Positions 1 to 9,442 of a DNA stretch of 64,000 nt are shown here, piece after piece; the first letter of the stretch is position 1; each line of letters starts with the position of its first letter. The translations under genes and the position numbers were made by a program. The stretch lies in NCBI GenBank assembly GCA_965602015.1, contig OZ271918.1:288001-352000 (forward strand), in the 5' to 3' direction. Below the pieces are notes generated by a model. The model was not told the DNA's origin, made no database searches, and was given only the letters and a program-made list of their open reading frames with translations. This DNA is from Salinispira sp. (GTDB lineage Bacteria > Spirochaetota > Spirochaetia > DSM-27196 > Salinispiraceae).

Positions 1-1597
1 TCTCGTTAATTTCGAATTTGCCCGCCTCGATCTTTGAAATATCGAGGATATCGTTTATCAGCGCCAAAAGATGCTCGCCGCTGTTTGAAATAGTTTTAAT
101 TTTGCCCAGCTGATTATCCGTAAGATTTCGGTCGTCAGCCATGAGTTGGGTGTAGCCGAGAATGGCGTTTAGCGGGGTGCGCAGTTCATGGCTCATGTTC
201 GCAAGGAACTCGCTTTTCATCCGGTTTGCGGTTTCCGCCGCATTGCGTGCTTCTGTGAGGCCCTGCTCGTATTCCAGTTGTTTCCTGATATCCCTGATAA
301 CCACTGTGAAGAACTCCCGGTCTGCCCCGTTGCTCTTGCTGTAATTCGCTTCGACGGGGATAATCTCACCGGTGATGCTTCGGATATGCATTCTCTTGAG
401 CCCGGCGTCTGCGTGTTCAAGAAAATCAAAAAACGGCTGGCATCCGCAATCTCCGGAACCGGGAACGAAATCTGTCGGGGTGAGATACTCGGTGAGATCG
501 CGGCCGAGCATATGCCCCTCCTCCCAGCCGAAGAGCTTTTCGGCTGCAGGGTTGAACAGGGAGATTCTGGCGTCATCGTCAAAGGCGATGATGGCATCGG
601 CAGCATTGTGAATAATCGTATCAAGACGCTGCCTGCTGCTGGCAAGTTCGGTCTGCTGGCGGGCAATGAGGGTATTGATTTCCCGGTACACTGTGTTGAA
701 CTCGTTGTTGTTGATGATGTCGATCTTGCTGATCCGTCCGGCATCCCTCCGGTTGAGGTCCTTTAGGTGCTCCTGAATCGTCATAAGAGGATCTCTTATC
801 TGCCTCTTTAACATGGCGATAATTTGCCCAGCCATGGCGAAGAAAATGAGGGATCTGATGATAAAGACCTGCATGGTACCCCGGAGGGCCTCCATCTGCG
901 CCGTCATGTTTAAAAACTCTCTGGTATCCAGGAAATTCAGCCCCATGGGAGGCAGATTCTGCTCGCCGAGAAGCAGGAAATTCGATGCGATCTCCATCAC
1001 CTGGATAATAAGAAAGAAGAGCATGGCGAGAATGGCGCTTACCAGAGTCATAAAAAACGTGCGGTAGCGCTGTGGAATCTCCGGGGCGGCGAGGATGACC
1101 TCCCGTTTTACTGGGAACAGGACGCTGTCGAGATTCAAGGTGATCAGGGTCGAGGTGAACAAGCCGGCTGAGAGGGCTTCGATGAGCAGGTACCACGATC
1201 CCGGCCCGGTGAAACGGATCTCCGGATCCAGTATCAATGTCGCAAGGGTTCCAAGAAAAAACCCGCCCACGGAAAGCAGGGCGATAAAACGCGGCATCAT
1301 GTTAATCACAGCCACGGCCCTCTCGGCCTCCAGCCGGGTATGCCTGTGGCCCGAGCCGGTTGTGCGAAGGAAGTGAAATACCGGAGCAAGGAAAAGACTA
1401 CTTATTACAGTGGTTGCCAGGAGGATGGCCCAGGCGGAGAGGGCTTCCTCACCTAAGAGCAGATAATCCACGGCGTTTTGCCATGCTTCGCTTAGGCTGC
1501 TTCCCACGAAACCGACGAAAAAAATCACCGTCAGTGGAGAAAGGATTATTGTAAGCAGGTAACGAGCCAGTACTGGTTTGAATTCTGCGTGTTTCAT
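1..1597 (-). CDS. Membrane-bound PAS-domain sensor histidine kinase (3' end runs off the window start)
   Basis: Not in the ORF track because there is no stop in the window. Hand translation of segments: start [21 protein letters not shown] at 1597 with GGAGG upstream, TM segments, PAS ([27 protein letters not shown]), H-box [18 protein letters not shown], then [18 protein letters not shown]. The translated segments share one frame. Confidence 0.88.
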   Translation of the reverse strand, partial: MKHAEFKPVLARYLLTIILSPLTVIFFVGFVGSSLSEAWQNAVDYLLLGEEALSAWAILLATTVISSLFLAPVFHFLRTTGSGHRHTRLEAERAVAVINMMPRFIALLSVGGFFLGTLATLILDPEIRFTGPGSWYLLIEALSAGLFTSTLITLNLDSVLFPVKREVILAAPEIPQRYRTFFMTLVSAILAMLFFLIIQVMEIASNFLLLGEQNLPPMGLNFLDTREFLNMTAQMEALRGTMQVFIIRSLIFFAMAGQIIAMLKRQIRDPLMTIQEHLKDLNRRDAGRISKIDIINNNEFNTVYREINTLIARQQTELASSRQRLDTIIHNAADAIIAFDDDARISLFNPAAEKLFGWEEGHMLGRDLTEYLTPTDFVPGSGDCGCQPFFDFLEHADAGLKRMHIRSITGEIIPVEANYSKSNGADREFFTVVIRDIRKQLEYEQGLTEARNAAETANRMKSEFLANMSHELRTPLNAILGYTQLMADDRNLTDNQLGKIKTISNSGEHLLALINDILDISKIEAGKFEINE

Positions 1598-1800
1598 CAA
1601 GCCTCCGGAAACCCCCTGCGGCACAAAACCAACCTGCGATTCAATTTCAACAAGCTTTGGGGTACTGTATAAGTGTAACACCCGAGGATGGCGGCCGCCA
1701 AAGAAAAAGCCCGGCGGGCCGGCCTTTTGAAGACCGGAGCGCTGGTGTATACTGCCAGTCTCGAGCCCGTCGTCGGGCTGATGGCAGAGGAGGACAGCTC

Positions 1801-2400
1801 ATGGTTACGGTTATCGGGATTTCCGGCGGGTCGGGATCGGGAAAGACCACCATCGTCAAAAAAATATCCGAGGTTCATCCCGATCTGGTCTGTCTACCCC
1901 AGGATAATTACTACCGCTCTGCGGAGTACATAAATAATGAAAACATAACCGCATTTAATTTTGATCATCCAGCGGCTTTCGACACCGATCTCATTGTCGA
2001 ACATCTCGCTGCCCTGCGGCGTGGCAAGACCATAGAAATGCCCATTTACGATTTTGTCAATCACCGTCGACGCAAGGAAACCGTTACCGTCGAGCCCCGC
2101 AAGGTGGTGATTTTTGAGGGCATAATGGTGTACTTCGACAAACGGGTACGGGATCTCATAGATTTGAAAATATTCGTCGACACGCCGGATGATATCCGGT
2201 TTATACGCCGAATGCGCCGGGATATTCATGACCGGGGCCGCACTATGGATTCGGTAATTACCCAGTATCTCGAAGTTGTGAGGCCCGGGCACTATGAGTT
2301 CATTGAACCGACCAAGGCCTTCGCCGATCTCATCGTTCCCGAGGGGGGAATGAATGAAATGGCCCTGGAGGTCCTCAGCGCTTTTCTGAAGCAGATATAG
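1801..2400 (+). CDS. udk: Uridine kinase
   Basis: [15 protein letters not shown]-loop, [50 protein letters not shown] before ATG 1801. Confidence 0.95.
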   Translation: MVTVIGISGGSGSGKTTIVKKISEVHPDLVCLPQDNYYRSAEYINNENITAFNFDHPAAFDTDLIVEHLAALRRGKTIEMPIYDFVNHRRRKETVTVEPRKVVIFEGIMVYFDKRVRDLIDLKIFVDTPDDIRFIRRMRRDIHDRGRTMDSVITQYLEVVRPGHYEFIEPTKAFADLIVPEGGMNEMALEVLSAFLKQI

Positions 2401-2403
2401 GCG

Positions 2404-3144
2404 ATGAACGTCTGTATGTTCCACCCCGGGGAATGGGGGCGGCCGCTGACTCCTGATGACCGGCGCAGGAAGCATATTGTTGAGTTTCTGGGCCTTGGAC
2501 CGGGGGACAGTTTGCGTTGCGGGTTGATGGGCACCGGCGTCGGGACCGCCCGGATAATCGGAAATCCCCGGTCCCCGGGCAATCTCGAGCTGGACTTTCC
2601 CTCGATCGATACCCTCATTAGGAAAACCGGCCGGGACATCACCATCATAATAGGCCACCCCCGGCCGCCGGTTTTTCAGCGGCTGCTCAAGGACCTATGC
2701 TCCATGGGTATCGCCAAAATCTTCTGGGTAAAAAGCGAACTCACAGAAAAGAGCTACCTGGCAAGCAAGGTCTGGAATGATACCGCCATAGAGCGACAAA
2801 TAATCCTCGGCCTGGAACAGGGTGGCATGAGCCGCCCTCCCCGCATAGGCAAATACTACAGCCTCCACCGCTGTCTCCAGGATATCTGTGGTGAAGATCA
2901 CGGACCGGGAATCGTACTTCATGCCCAGACCGGGGCTCCCGGATTGCCCGACGCTCTTGAACCCTCCGGGAGCGGACCCGTGGTCTTGGCCGTTGGGCCG
3001 GAGAGGGGCTGGACCGCCGCGGAAGTCGAAGAAATGGCCGCTTGCGGCTTTACTGTAGCCGGACTCGGCCCGGCCATATTGCGCAGTGAAAACGCGGCGG
3101 TGCTCGCCGTCGGACTTGCGAATATGAGGGTTCCAACCCCCTGA
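2404..3144 (+). CDS. rsmE: 16S rRNA m3U1498 methyltransferase (RsmE family, SPOUT)
   Basis: LEQGG, VLAVGPERGWT..E and LGPAILRSENA motifs. Confidence 0.88.
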   Translation: MNVCMFHPGEWGRPLTPDDRRRKHIVEFLGLGPGDSLRCGLMGTGVGTARIIGNPRSPGNLELDFPSIDTLIRKTGRDITIIIGHPRPPVFQRLLKDLCSMGIAKIFWVKSELTEKSYLASKVWNDTAIERQIILGLEQGGMSRPPRIGKYYSLHRCLQDICGEDHGPGIVLHAQTGAPGLPDALEPSGSGPVVLAVGPERGWTAAEVEEMAACGFTVAGLGPAILRSENAAVLAVGLANMRVPTP

Positions 3145-3155
3145 TCGGAGGAGAC

Positions 3156-4685
3156 ATGTCAAAGGTCAATGTGGAAAAGCGGATTAAGCGTCACGTGCGC
3201 CCGGCGGATCACCGCATAGCGGCGATCTGTCATCCGGATATCGACGATCTTGCGCTTGAGGAGCTCACGGGTCACGGATTTGCTGCGGAAAGGGAATCGC
3301 CCGGCGTTTTGATATTTACCGGAAAAATTACGGATGTCTACCGGGCACATCTACTGTGCCGAATCCCCGTATCATTCCGCGTGCGCCTGCTTTCCTTTCG
3401 CTGCGGAAGCCGGGAAGATCTGTTCCGCCATCTACGGTCATTCAGCTGGGAGTATTGGCTTCGTTCCGATCGGGCATTTTCGGTAAAACTCACCAGCCGC
3501 GAAAGCCGCATCCACCACGACGGACGGGCCGGGCAAAGCGTCTGGAAGGCAATCACCGGCAGAATGGCGGATTTTTTCCCCGGGGATTCGGGACAACGCG
3601 GCGCGGGCGGGGCAGGTAGCAGTGGAAGCACCGAGGGATCAGCCGATGCAATGGCATATAAAAATGCGGAGGCAAAGCCAGAGGCAAAGACAGAGGCAAA
3701 GACAGAGGCAAAGACCGAAGCAAAGACTGTAACAAAGACCGAAGCAACGGACGAAGCTTCCGATGAGGGATTGGAGCACGCAGCTCAAAAAAGACCGAAA
3801 ACAGTTTCTCTCGCCCCCCAAAAAATCTATGTGCAAATCCACGGAACCCGGGCGACAGTCTCGCTGGACGCCACCGGGGAGCTGCTGTACCGCCGGGGAT
3901 GGGGAGCGAAACAGGGACGGGCCCCTTTACGGGAAAATCTTGCGGCGGCCATGTTCGCCGCCGCCCCGTTTGAAATTTCCGGATCTCTTGTTGATGCGTT
4001 CTCTGGCAGCGGCACCCTGCTGTTCGAGTCGATACTCAGCACGGCAAAACTGGCTCCTGCTCCGGTCAGGGATTTTGCCTTATGCGCCTGGCCGGTTTTC
4101 TCTTCTCCGGCCTGGGAACACATGCGCGGGGAACTGATGGGCGAAAATTGCCGGCGTATAGAAGCGCTTGGGTGTACTGAATACCACGGGATTGAAATTG
4201 ATCCCGAGATCTTTGGCTTGCTCCGAGCCAATGCTTCGGCATTCCTCAAATCCCGTTGCTGTGGTGATCACACAAGCTTTCAATCCGGTGATGATCTGCA
4301 GATGAGAATCAGCGATTCGGGATTGATATTGGGTCTCCACAACTGCGATTTTTTTGCCTGGGTTTATCAGATAATCAGTCGGACACGTGGCGGTCAGGCA
4401 GCGGACAGTATCGGCGGCGAATCTCCAGGCATCATCCTGGCCAATCCTCCGTACAACTGGCGCATAGAAAAAGGCCCCGGTCTGTATTCCCGTCTGTGGA
4501 ATTTGCTTATCAATTTGATACCGGAATGGAGGGCAATAATAATCATTCCCCTCGATGAAGCCGGCCGGCCCGCACTGGAAGGAGGGGACCGCATTCCTCC
4601 TGAGCTTCTTGGACGGTCGCTTCGACGTGACTTCCCTCACGGCGGGCGCCGAGTCTCGGTTCTCTATGTTTCGCCCGCGAGATAA
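3156..4685 (+). CDS. THUMP-domain class I SAM-dependent RNA methyltransferase (RlmL/YpsC-like)
   Basis: SLDATGELLYRRGW...APLRENLAAAM, DAFSGSGTL..E and ILANPPY motifs; carries a low-complexity insertion. Confidence 0.8.
   Translation: MSKVNVEKRIKRHVRPADHRIAAICHPDIDDLALEELTGHGFAAERESPGVLIFTGKITDVYRAHLLCRIPVSFRVRLLSFRCGSREDLFRHLRSFSWEYWLRSDRAFSVKLTSRESRIHHDGRAGQSVWKAITGRMADFFPGDSGQRGAGGAGSSGSTEGSADAMAYKNAEAKPEAKTEAKTEAKTEAKTVTKTEATDEASDEGLEHAAQKRPKTVSLAPQKIYVQIHGTRATVSLDATGELLYRRGWGAKQGRAPLRENLAAAMFAAAPFEISGSLVDAFSGSGTLLFESILSTAKLAPAPVRDFALCAWPVFSSPAWEHMRGELMGENCRRIEALGCTEYHGIEIDPEIFGLLRANASAFLKSRCCGDHTSFQSGDDLQMRISDSGLILGLHNCDFFAWVYQIISRTRGGQAADSIGGESPGIILANPPYNWRIEKGPGLYSRLWNLLINLIPEWRAIIIIPLDEAGRPALEGGDRIPPELLGRSLRRDFPHGGRRVSVLYVSPAR
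3669..3752 (+). repeat. In-frame 12-bp tandem repeat (~7 units, GAGGCAAAGACN, encoding EAKT)
   Basis: gaggcaaagcca gaggcaaagaca gaggcaaagaca gaggcaaagacc gaagcaaagact gtaacaaagacc gaagcaacggac. Confidence 0.9.
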
Positions 4686-4791
4686 TTCTTTATTTTTTCT
4701 CTAACCATTAGTACAATCGAAGCATTCCCGGTCCGGACGAAGCCGCTGCACGTTCCTGTCTAGCCGCCGGGAAAAATCACATACAAATTGG

Positions 4792-5781
4792 ATGGATATT
4801 ATGAATCGAGTACGTGTCGCAGTAACCGGCGCCGCCGGTCAAATTGGATATGCCCTGCTGTTCAGGATCGCATCGGGACAGATGTTCGGTCCCGAAACAG
4901 AAGTAGATCTCAACCTTCTCGAACTCGAACAGGCCCTTCCCGCCCTTCGAGGGGTGGTTATGGAACTCGAGGATTGCGCATTCCCGCTGCTGCGCTCGGT
5001 AACTCCCAGCAGCGATATGAATGTGGCATTTAAAGATGCCGATTGGGCCCTTCTGGTGGGATCGGTGCCCCGTAAAGCGGGAATGGAACGGGCCGATCTG
5101 CTAAAAATTAACGGCGGTATCTTCGTCGGACAGGGAAAGGCCATAGCGGCACATGCGAAACCGGGCTGCAAAACCCTTGTTGTGGGAAATCCCTGCAACA
5201 CCAACTCCTTCGTGGCAAAATCCGTCGCCGAGGGTATGGATCCCGGGAACTTTTTTGCCATGACCATGCTCGACCAAAACCGTGCGGTTACCCAGTTGGC
5301 CCAGAAAGCCGGAGTTCCCGTCTCTGAGGTCAGCAATCTTGCGATTTGGGGTAATCATTCACCGACAATGTACCCCGATTTCTCCAACGCCCGCATTTCA
5401 GGCAAGCCGGTCGGCGAAGTTATCGACGATAGTGCATGGCTCGAAGGAGAGTTCCTCACGACAGTGCAAAAACGGGGTGCAGCAATCATCCAGGCCCGGG
5501 GAGCTTCCTCCGCCGCCTCCGCCGCAAATGCCGTGGTGGATACGGTGCGAAACCTGGTCAACCCGACTCCCGAGGGAGAGTTTTTCTCCCTGGCAGTCTC
5601 ATCCGATGGCAGTTACGGCGTCCCCGAAGGAATTATGTTCAGTTTTCCGGTGCGAAGTGATGGCGCCGACTGGAGCATAGTACAGGGCCTGAATCACGGC
5701 GATTTCGGCAAGGAGAAACTGCGGGTCACCACAGAGGAGCTTCTTTCCGAGCGCGAAGCGGTTTCCGAACTGCTTTCCTAA
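4792..5781 (+). CDS. mdh: Malate dehydrogenase (MDH type 2)
   Basis: [62 protein letters not shown]. Confidence 0.97.
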   Translation: MDIMNRVRVAVTGAAGQIGYALLFRIASGQMFGPETEVDLNLLELEQALPALRGVVMELEDCAFPLLRSVTPSSDMNVAFKDADWALLVGSVPRKAGMERADLLKINGGIFVGQGKAIAAHAKPGCKTLVVGNPCNTNSFVAKSVAEGMDPGNFFAMTMLDQNRAVTQLAQKAGVPVSEVSNLAIWGNHSPTMYPDFSNARISGKPVGEVIDDSAWLEGEFLTTVQKRGAAIIQARGASSAASAANAVVDTVRNLVNPTPEGEFFSLAVSSDGSYGVPEGIMFSFPVRSDGADWSIVQGLNHGDFGKEKLRVTTEELLSEREAVSELLS

Positions 5782-5830
5782 GGCCTGAAGAGGTGCCGGG
5801 TACTTCCTCGCCAAACGCAGGCAGTGTCTC

Positions 5831-6664
5831 GTGAGCGCGAGAAAGGGCATTCGCTACCCATCGGGCCTCAAGGCCGGTCAGGTGCTTCTCGGTTTTCCCT
5901 GGGCGAGTCTGCGCCTGCTTGCTTTGACCGTATGGTTATCCGTCGGACTATTTTTTATGGCGTTTCTGAGGGCGTTCGGCCTCATTGGCGGAGAGCGGGG
6001 TGTGGGCCTCCGCCGCCGGGTCGCCAGGATAATTGCCCGGGGAACTCTGGTAATAATGGGCGTCAAACTGCGACGCCGGGGCAGGGCTCCTGAAGCGCCA
6101 TTCTTTTTGGTGGCAAATCACCTAAGCTGGCTCGATTCCATTGTTTTCATGGCCGAGTCGGCTGCAGTATTCGTGGCCATGGACGAAATCCGGCGGATGC
6201 CCTTTCTGGGGATTCTTGTCGACAGTTTCGGAGTCGTGTTTATCCGGAGGCGCAGCTTACGGGATATCGGCGCGGTGTCTCGGAAGATCCTGTCCGCCAT
6301 GGATCGGGGAGACGGGGTGATGGTTTTCCCCGAAGGAGATACCAGCGTCGGGCATGAGTTGCTGCCCTTCAGTTCTGCCCTGCTGCAGCAGGCTGTTGAG
6401 CAAAAACAGCCGGTACATGCGGCGGCCTTGGCATTTTTCTCGTCTCCCGGCTGGCCTGACGCTTCAGTGATGGTTGCCTGGGCGGATTGGACGCCGATAT
6501 TTGTGCATATCGCCCGAATGCTTCTGATGCCCCGGGTAAGCGCCTGTATTTCCTACCCGACGCCGGCTCTTAGGGGTACCAGCCGGGGAGAGCTTGCCCG
6601 GGACCTGCGACAGCAGATAGCAAACGAGCTAAAAATTATACAGCCGAAGTTCGCTGACAATTAA
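5831..6664 (+). CDS. Lysophospholipid / 1-acyl-sn-glycerol-3-phosphate acyltransferase family protein
   Basis: VANHLSWLD (HX4D) and VFPEGDTS acyltransferase blocks. Confidence 0.85.
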   Translation: MSARKGIRYPSGLKAGQVLLGFPWASLRLLALTVWLSVGLFFMAFLRAFGLIGGERGVGLRRRVARIIARGTLVIMGVKLRRRGRAPEAPFFLVANHLSWLDSIVFMAESAAVFVAMDEIRRMPFLGILVDSFGVVFIRRRSLRDIGAVSRKILSAMDRGDGVMVFPEGDTSVGHELLPFSSALLQQAVEQKQPVHAAALAFFSSPGWPDASVMVAWADWTPIFVHIARMLLMPRVSACISYPTPALRGTSRGELARDLRQQIANELKIIQPKFADN

Positions 6665-6702
6665 AAATGATCGGGCCGTAGCAGTGCCCCTCTGTGAACC
6701 GA

Positions 6703-8070
6703 TTAATCTTGGGCCACGTGGGGCTTGCGACGGAATTCGAGGGCTGCAGCGATTTCTTCCCGCTTTTCCCTGGTGATGGGATATGCCGTTGCCAGCAGAA
6801 TGGCGAAAAACAGCAATACCGCCGGAAAGGGGCCCATAAAAAAGCGGATGGTCTGCAGGGCTGACTGGGGCTGAACTATTGTCGAGCCAACCGGAGGAGT
6901 TATATAGCCCCTAAGGCTTAGGGCCTGTCCGATTATCCACAAAGCAATTCCCGTACCTGCCTTTTGAAAAAATGATGCGAACGCATAAAACGCGCCTTCC
7001 ATACGACGCCCGCTTTTTTGTTCTTCATGATCGATCAGATCGGGAATCATCGACCAGGGCACGACGTACGATGTTGCAATTCCCCAGCCGGAGCTGAGGG
7101 CGAGAGCAAAAATCAGAACGATCTGGCCTTCCCGCAGCAGACTGATGCCCATCAGCGTGAAAATCATTGCTCCTGAACCGAGCATGAAGCTCTGTTTTTT
7201 ATCGGCTTTCTTGGCGATCCAGACCACCAGGGGTATTGCAGCCATTGCGGCAACCTGGGTGACGACAATGACGTAGTCGGTCATATCGGGAAGATCCATA
7301 TTGTATCGAACGAAATAAATGAGCATAGATGCCAGGATGCTGCTCGCGGTCCAGGAAAGCAGGTAAAAGCCTATCATCATCCAGAACGGCTTTGACCGCA
7401 GCAGGGAAGCCAGGGACTCTTTCCGGATTTCCTGCGCTGGCCTATTATCCCGATACGGACCGGTGACGCCGATGACCACCAAAGGCGGAATGACCGTCAA
7501 TGCACCGAGAACCACACCCGCAAAGCGGAACAGCGCTGCCCGATCGGTGATATACCAGCCGATTACCGTAAGCGCGATAACCGCACCCAGATTTCCCAGT
7601 ATCTGGAAGAACATGCGGATACCGTGGAGACCCGACTGCTCATCGAAGTCGCCTGTCAACCTCGGAGTGATGCTGTTAAAGGCGATGTGCACGGTGGTGA
7701 ACGCCGTATCAAAGAGAATAATGGCAAAAGTATAGTACAATGCCTTGCCGAAATCCGGGAGATCCGGCACGAGCCACAGCAGCATAAAGCTCAGGCCTAG
7801 GGGCAAGGCTCCCCATGCCAGCAGAATCCGCCGTTTGCCAAATCGGCTTTCAACCCGGTCTGCCAGAATGCCGATGAGGGGATCATTAACCGCATCCCAA
7901 AGCTTACCGGCGAGAATGGCCCATCCCGCAAGAGCAGGGGACAACCTGGCCACATCGGTAAGAAAGTTCAGCTGAAAAAACAACACAATTGAAAGGGGAA
8001 TGGAGATGCTCAGGTCTCCTAGACTGAACAGGACTTTGGTGCGCAGGCTCGGCGCCGGTAGTATCGTCAT
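6703..8070 (-). CDS. MFS transporter, glycoside-pentoside-hexuronide (MelB/Mfsd2-like) family
   Basis: ~12 TM helices; WDAVNDPLIG..ADR..SRFGKRR and PWSMIPDLID..E..SGRRMEG motifs. Confidence 0.88.
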   Translation of the reverse strand: MTILPAPSLRTKVLFSLGDLSISIPLSIVLFFQLNFLTDVARLSPALAGWAILAGKLWDAVNDPLIGILADRVESRFGKRRILLAWGALPLGLSFMLLWLVPDLPDFGKALYYTFAIILFDTAFTTVHIAFNSITPRLTGDFDEQSGLHGIRMFFQILGNLGAVIALTVIGWYITDRAALFRFAGVVLGALTVIPPLVVIGVTGPYRDNRPAQEIRKESLASLLRSKPFWMMIGFYLLSWTASSILASMLIYFVRYNMDLPDMTDYVIVVTQVAAMAAIPLVVWIAKKADKKQSFMLGSGAMIFTLMGISLLREGQIVLIFALALSSGWGIATSYVVPWSMIPDLIDHEEQKSGRRMEGAFYAFASFFQKAGTGIALWIIGQALSLRGYITPPVGSTIVQPQSALQTIRFFMGPFPAVLLFFAILLATAYPITREKREEIAAALEFRRKPHVAQD

Positions 8071-8119
8071 GTATCGTATTCTGACCTGATTTACGCCCTC
8101 TTGCAATGACGCGATGGTA

Positions 8120-8264
8120 GTGCCCCCAAAACAGCTGATTTGTGCGGTGTAACTCTTTGTGTGAAAATAAAAAAGTGGAGTTTTATCAAGGGCTTCAATG
8201 GATGACAGATAAATTACATCATGAAAAGGGATTACGCTGTTTAAATCAGCTGTTTTGGGGGCAC
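8120..8264. repeat. Inverted-repeat doublet 1 (MITE/REPIN-like, 145 bp)
   Basis: GTGCCCCCAAAACAGCTGAT at 8120-8139 and its reverse complement at 8245-8264; 105-bp AT-rich interior; TA on both flanks. Confidence 0.92.
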
Positions 8265-8302
8265 TACAAACTGCTTTACAGCCGGCGCCCTCAGGCCATA
8301 GG

Positions 8303-9442
8303 ATGAAGCCTATGCAGGTAACAGTCGATCCGGTGACCTCCCGCCGGGATATGATGGATTTTGTGTATTTACCCAGAAAGCTCTACCGAGGAACCCCATG
8401 GGTTCCCCCGATCTGGTTAGACGAGAGACGGGGATACAAAAAGAAGACCAATCCTATCCTTGCTAACTCCGAATTTACCCTCTTACTTGCCCGGCGCAGC
8501 GGAAGGGTTGTGGGTCGCGTCCTGGTATACCTGGATCATAGCTGGAACGAGCACTTTGACGTCATGGATGGGCTGTTCGGCGCTCTCGATGCAGAAAGTG
8601 ATCCAGATGTGTACCGTGCGCTTCTCGAGGAAGCGGCACGTTGGTTACGTGCGAGGGGAGCTGAGCGGATGTTGGGACCCATCCATCCTGTTGCGGAGTT
8701 TTGGGGATTTCTGGTCGAAGGTTTTGAGGCGCCGCCGGTTTTTCTCACCCCCTGGAATCCCCCGTCAGCCGACGCATGTATCAAAGCGGCGGGTTTTGAA
8801 AAAGCCATGGATCTCCTGGCTTACGAAGCCGACTGCTCAAATGGGTATGTATTGAATAAGCGGTATGAGGACTTTTACCGGCGCTTTCGCTCGAGAAACA
8901 CCCGGTTTATCATCCGTCGGATTGATCAAAAGCGCTTCATGGAGGATGCCGAGCATATTTGGCGGATAACCGACCACAGTCTCGCGAATAACTGGGGATA
9001 CGTGCCGGTTCCCCGTGATGTGTTTCTCGATATGGTCAAGCGTTTGAAAGTAATCGTCGATCCGGAAGCAGTGCTTTTTGTTGAAAAAGACGGCGAACCC
9101 ATCGGCTATGCCCTGGGTTTTCCCGACGTCAATGAGCCTATCTCACAAATCAGGGGTAGGCTTTTGCCCTTCGGGTGGTTGTGGCTCCTTCTGCGGCGTC
9201 GGTCCCTCAAAACATATCGGCTGTTTGGGTTGGGCGTACTGCCGGAATATCATGGCATGGGGCTGGATGCGCTGATGTATGTTCATCTCGCACGGAGCCT
9301 TTCTCCCAAGGGAATCCGCCTGGAGGCCAACTGGATTCTTGAAAACAATCTTCCCATGAACAATGCGCTAAAGCGACTCGGATTGCGGCAGAGCAAACGA
9401 TACCGCCTTTACGAGCGGCCGCTTAGCCGCCGTATCAGGTAG
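8303..9442 (+). CDS. GNAT-fold N-acyltransferase (YghO / bacterial ceramide synthase-like family)
   Basis: F..LP.KLY...PWVPP...NP......LLARRSGRVVGR N-terminus; NNWGYVP; LGVLPEYHGMGL acyl-CoA motif; WILENN.PM. The ORF-track start at 8255 lies inside the repeat. Confidence 0.7.
   Translation: MKPMQVTVDPVTSRRDMMDFVYLPRKLYRGTPWVPPIWLDERRGYKKKTNPILANSEFTLLLARRSGRVVGRVLVYLDHSWNEHFDVMDGLFGALDAESDPDVYRALLEEAARWLRARGAERMLGPIHPVAEFWGFLVEGFEAPPVFLTPWNPPSADACIKAAGFEKAMDLLAYEADCSNGYVLNKRYEDFYRRFRSRNTRFIIRRIDQKRFMEDAEHIWRITDHSLANNWGYVPVPRDVFLDMVKRLKVIVDPEAVLFVEKDGEPIGYALGFPDVNEPISQIRGRLLPFGWLWLLLRRRSLKTYRLFGLGVLPEYHGMGLDALMYVHLARSLSPKGIRLEANWILENNLPMNNALKRLGLRQSKRYRLYERPLSRRIR

Noticed and set aside
188..1196. 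ORF-track ORFs at 188-766 (+), 217-744 (-) and 621-1196 (-)
   Set aside because: Shadow frames of the minus-strand histidine kinase that runs off the window.
1664..1679. CTGT-N8-AACA as a LexA/SOS box upstream of udk
   Set aside because: The right half-site does not match ACAG, and nothing else supports it.
6683..6690. AGTGCCCC between convergent genes, resembling the repeat end
   Set aside because: Only 8 bp match; compatible with chance.
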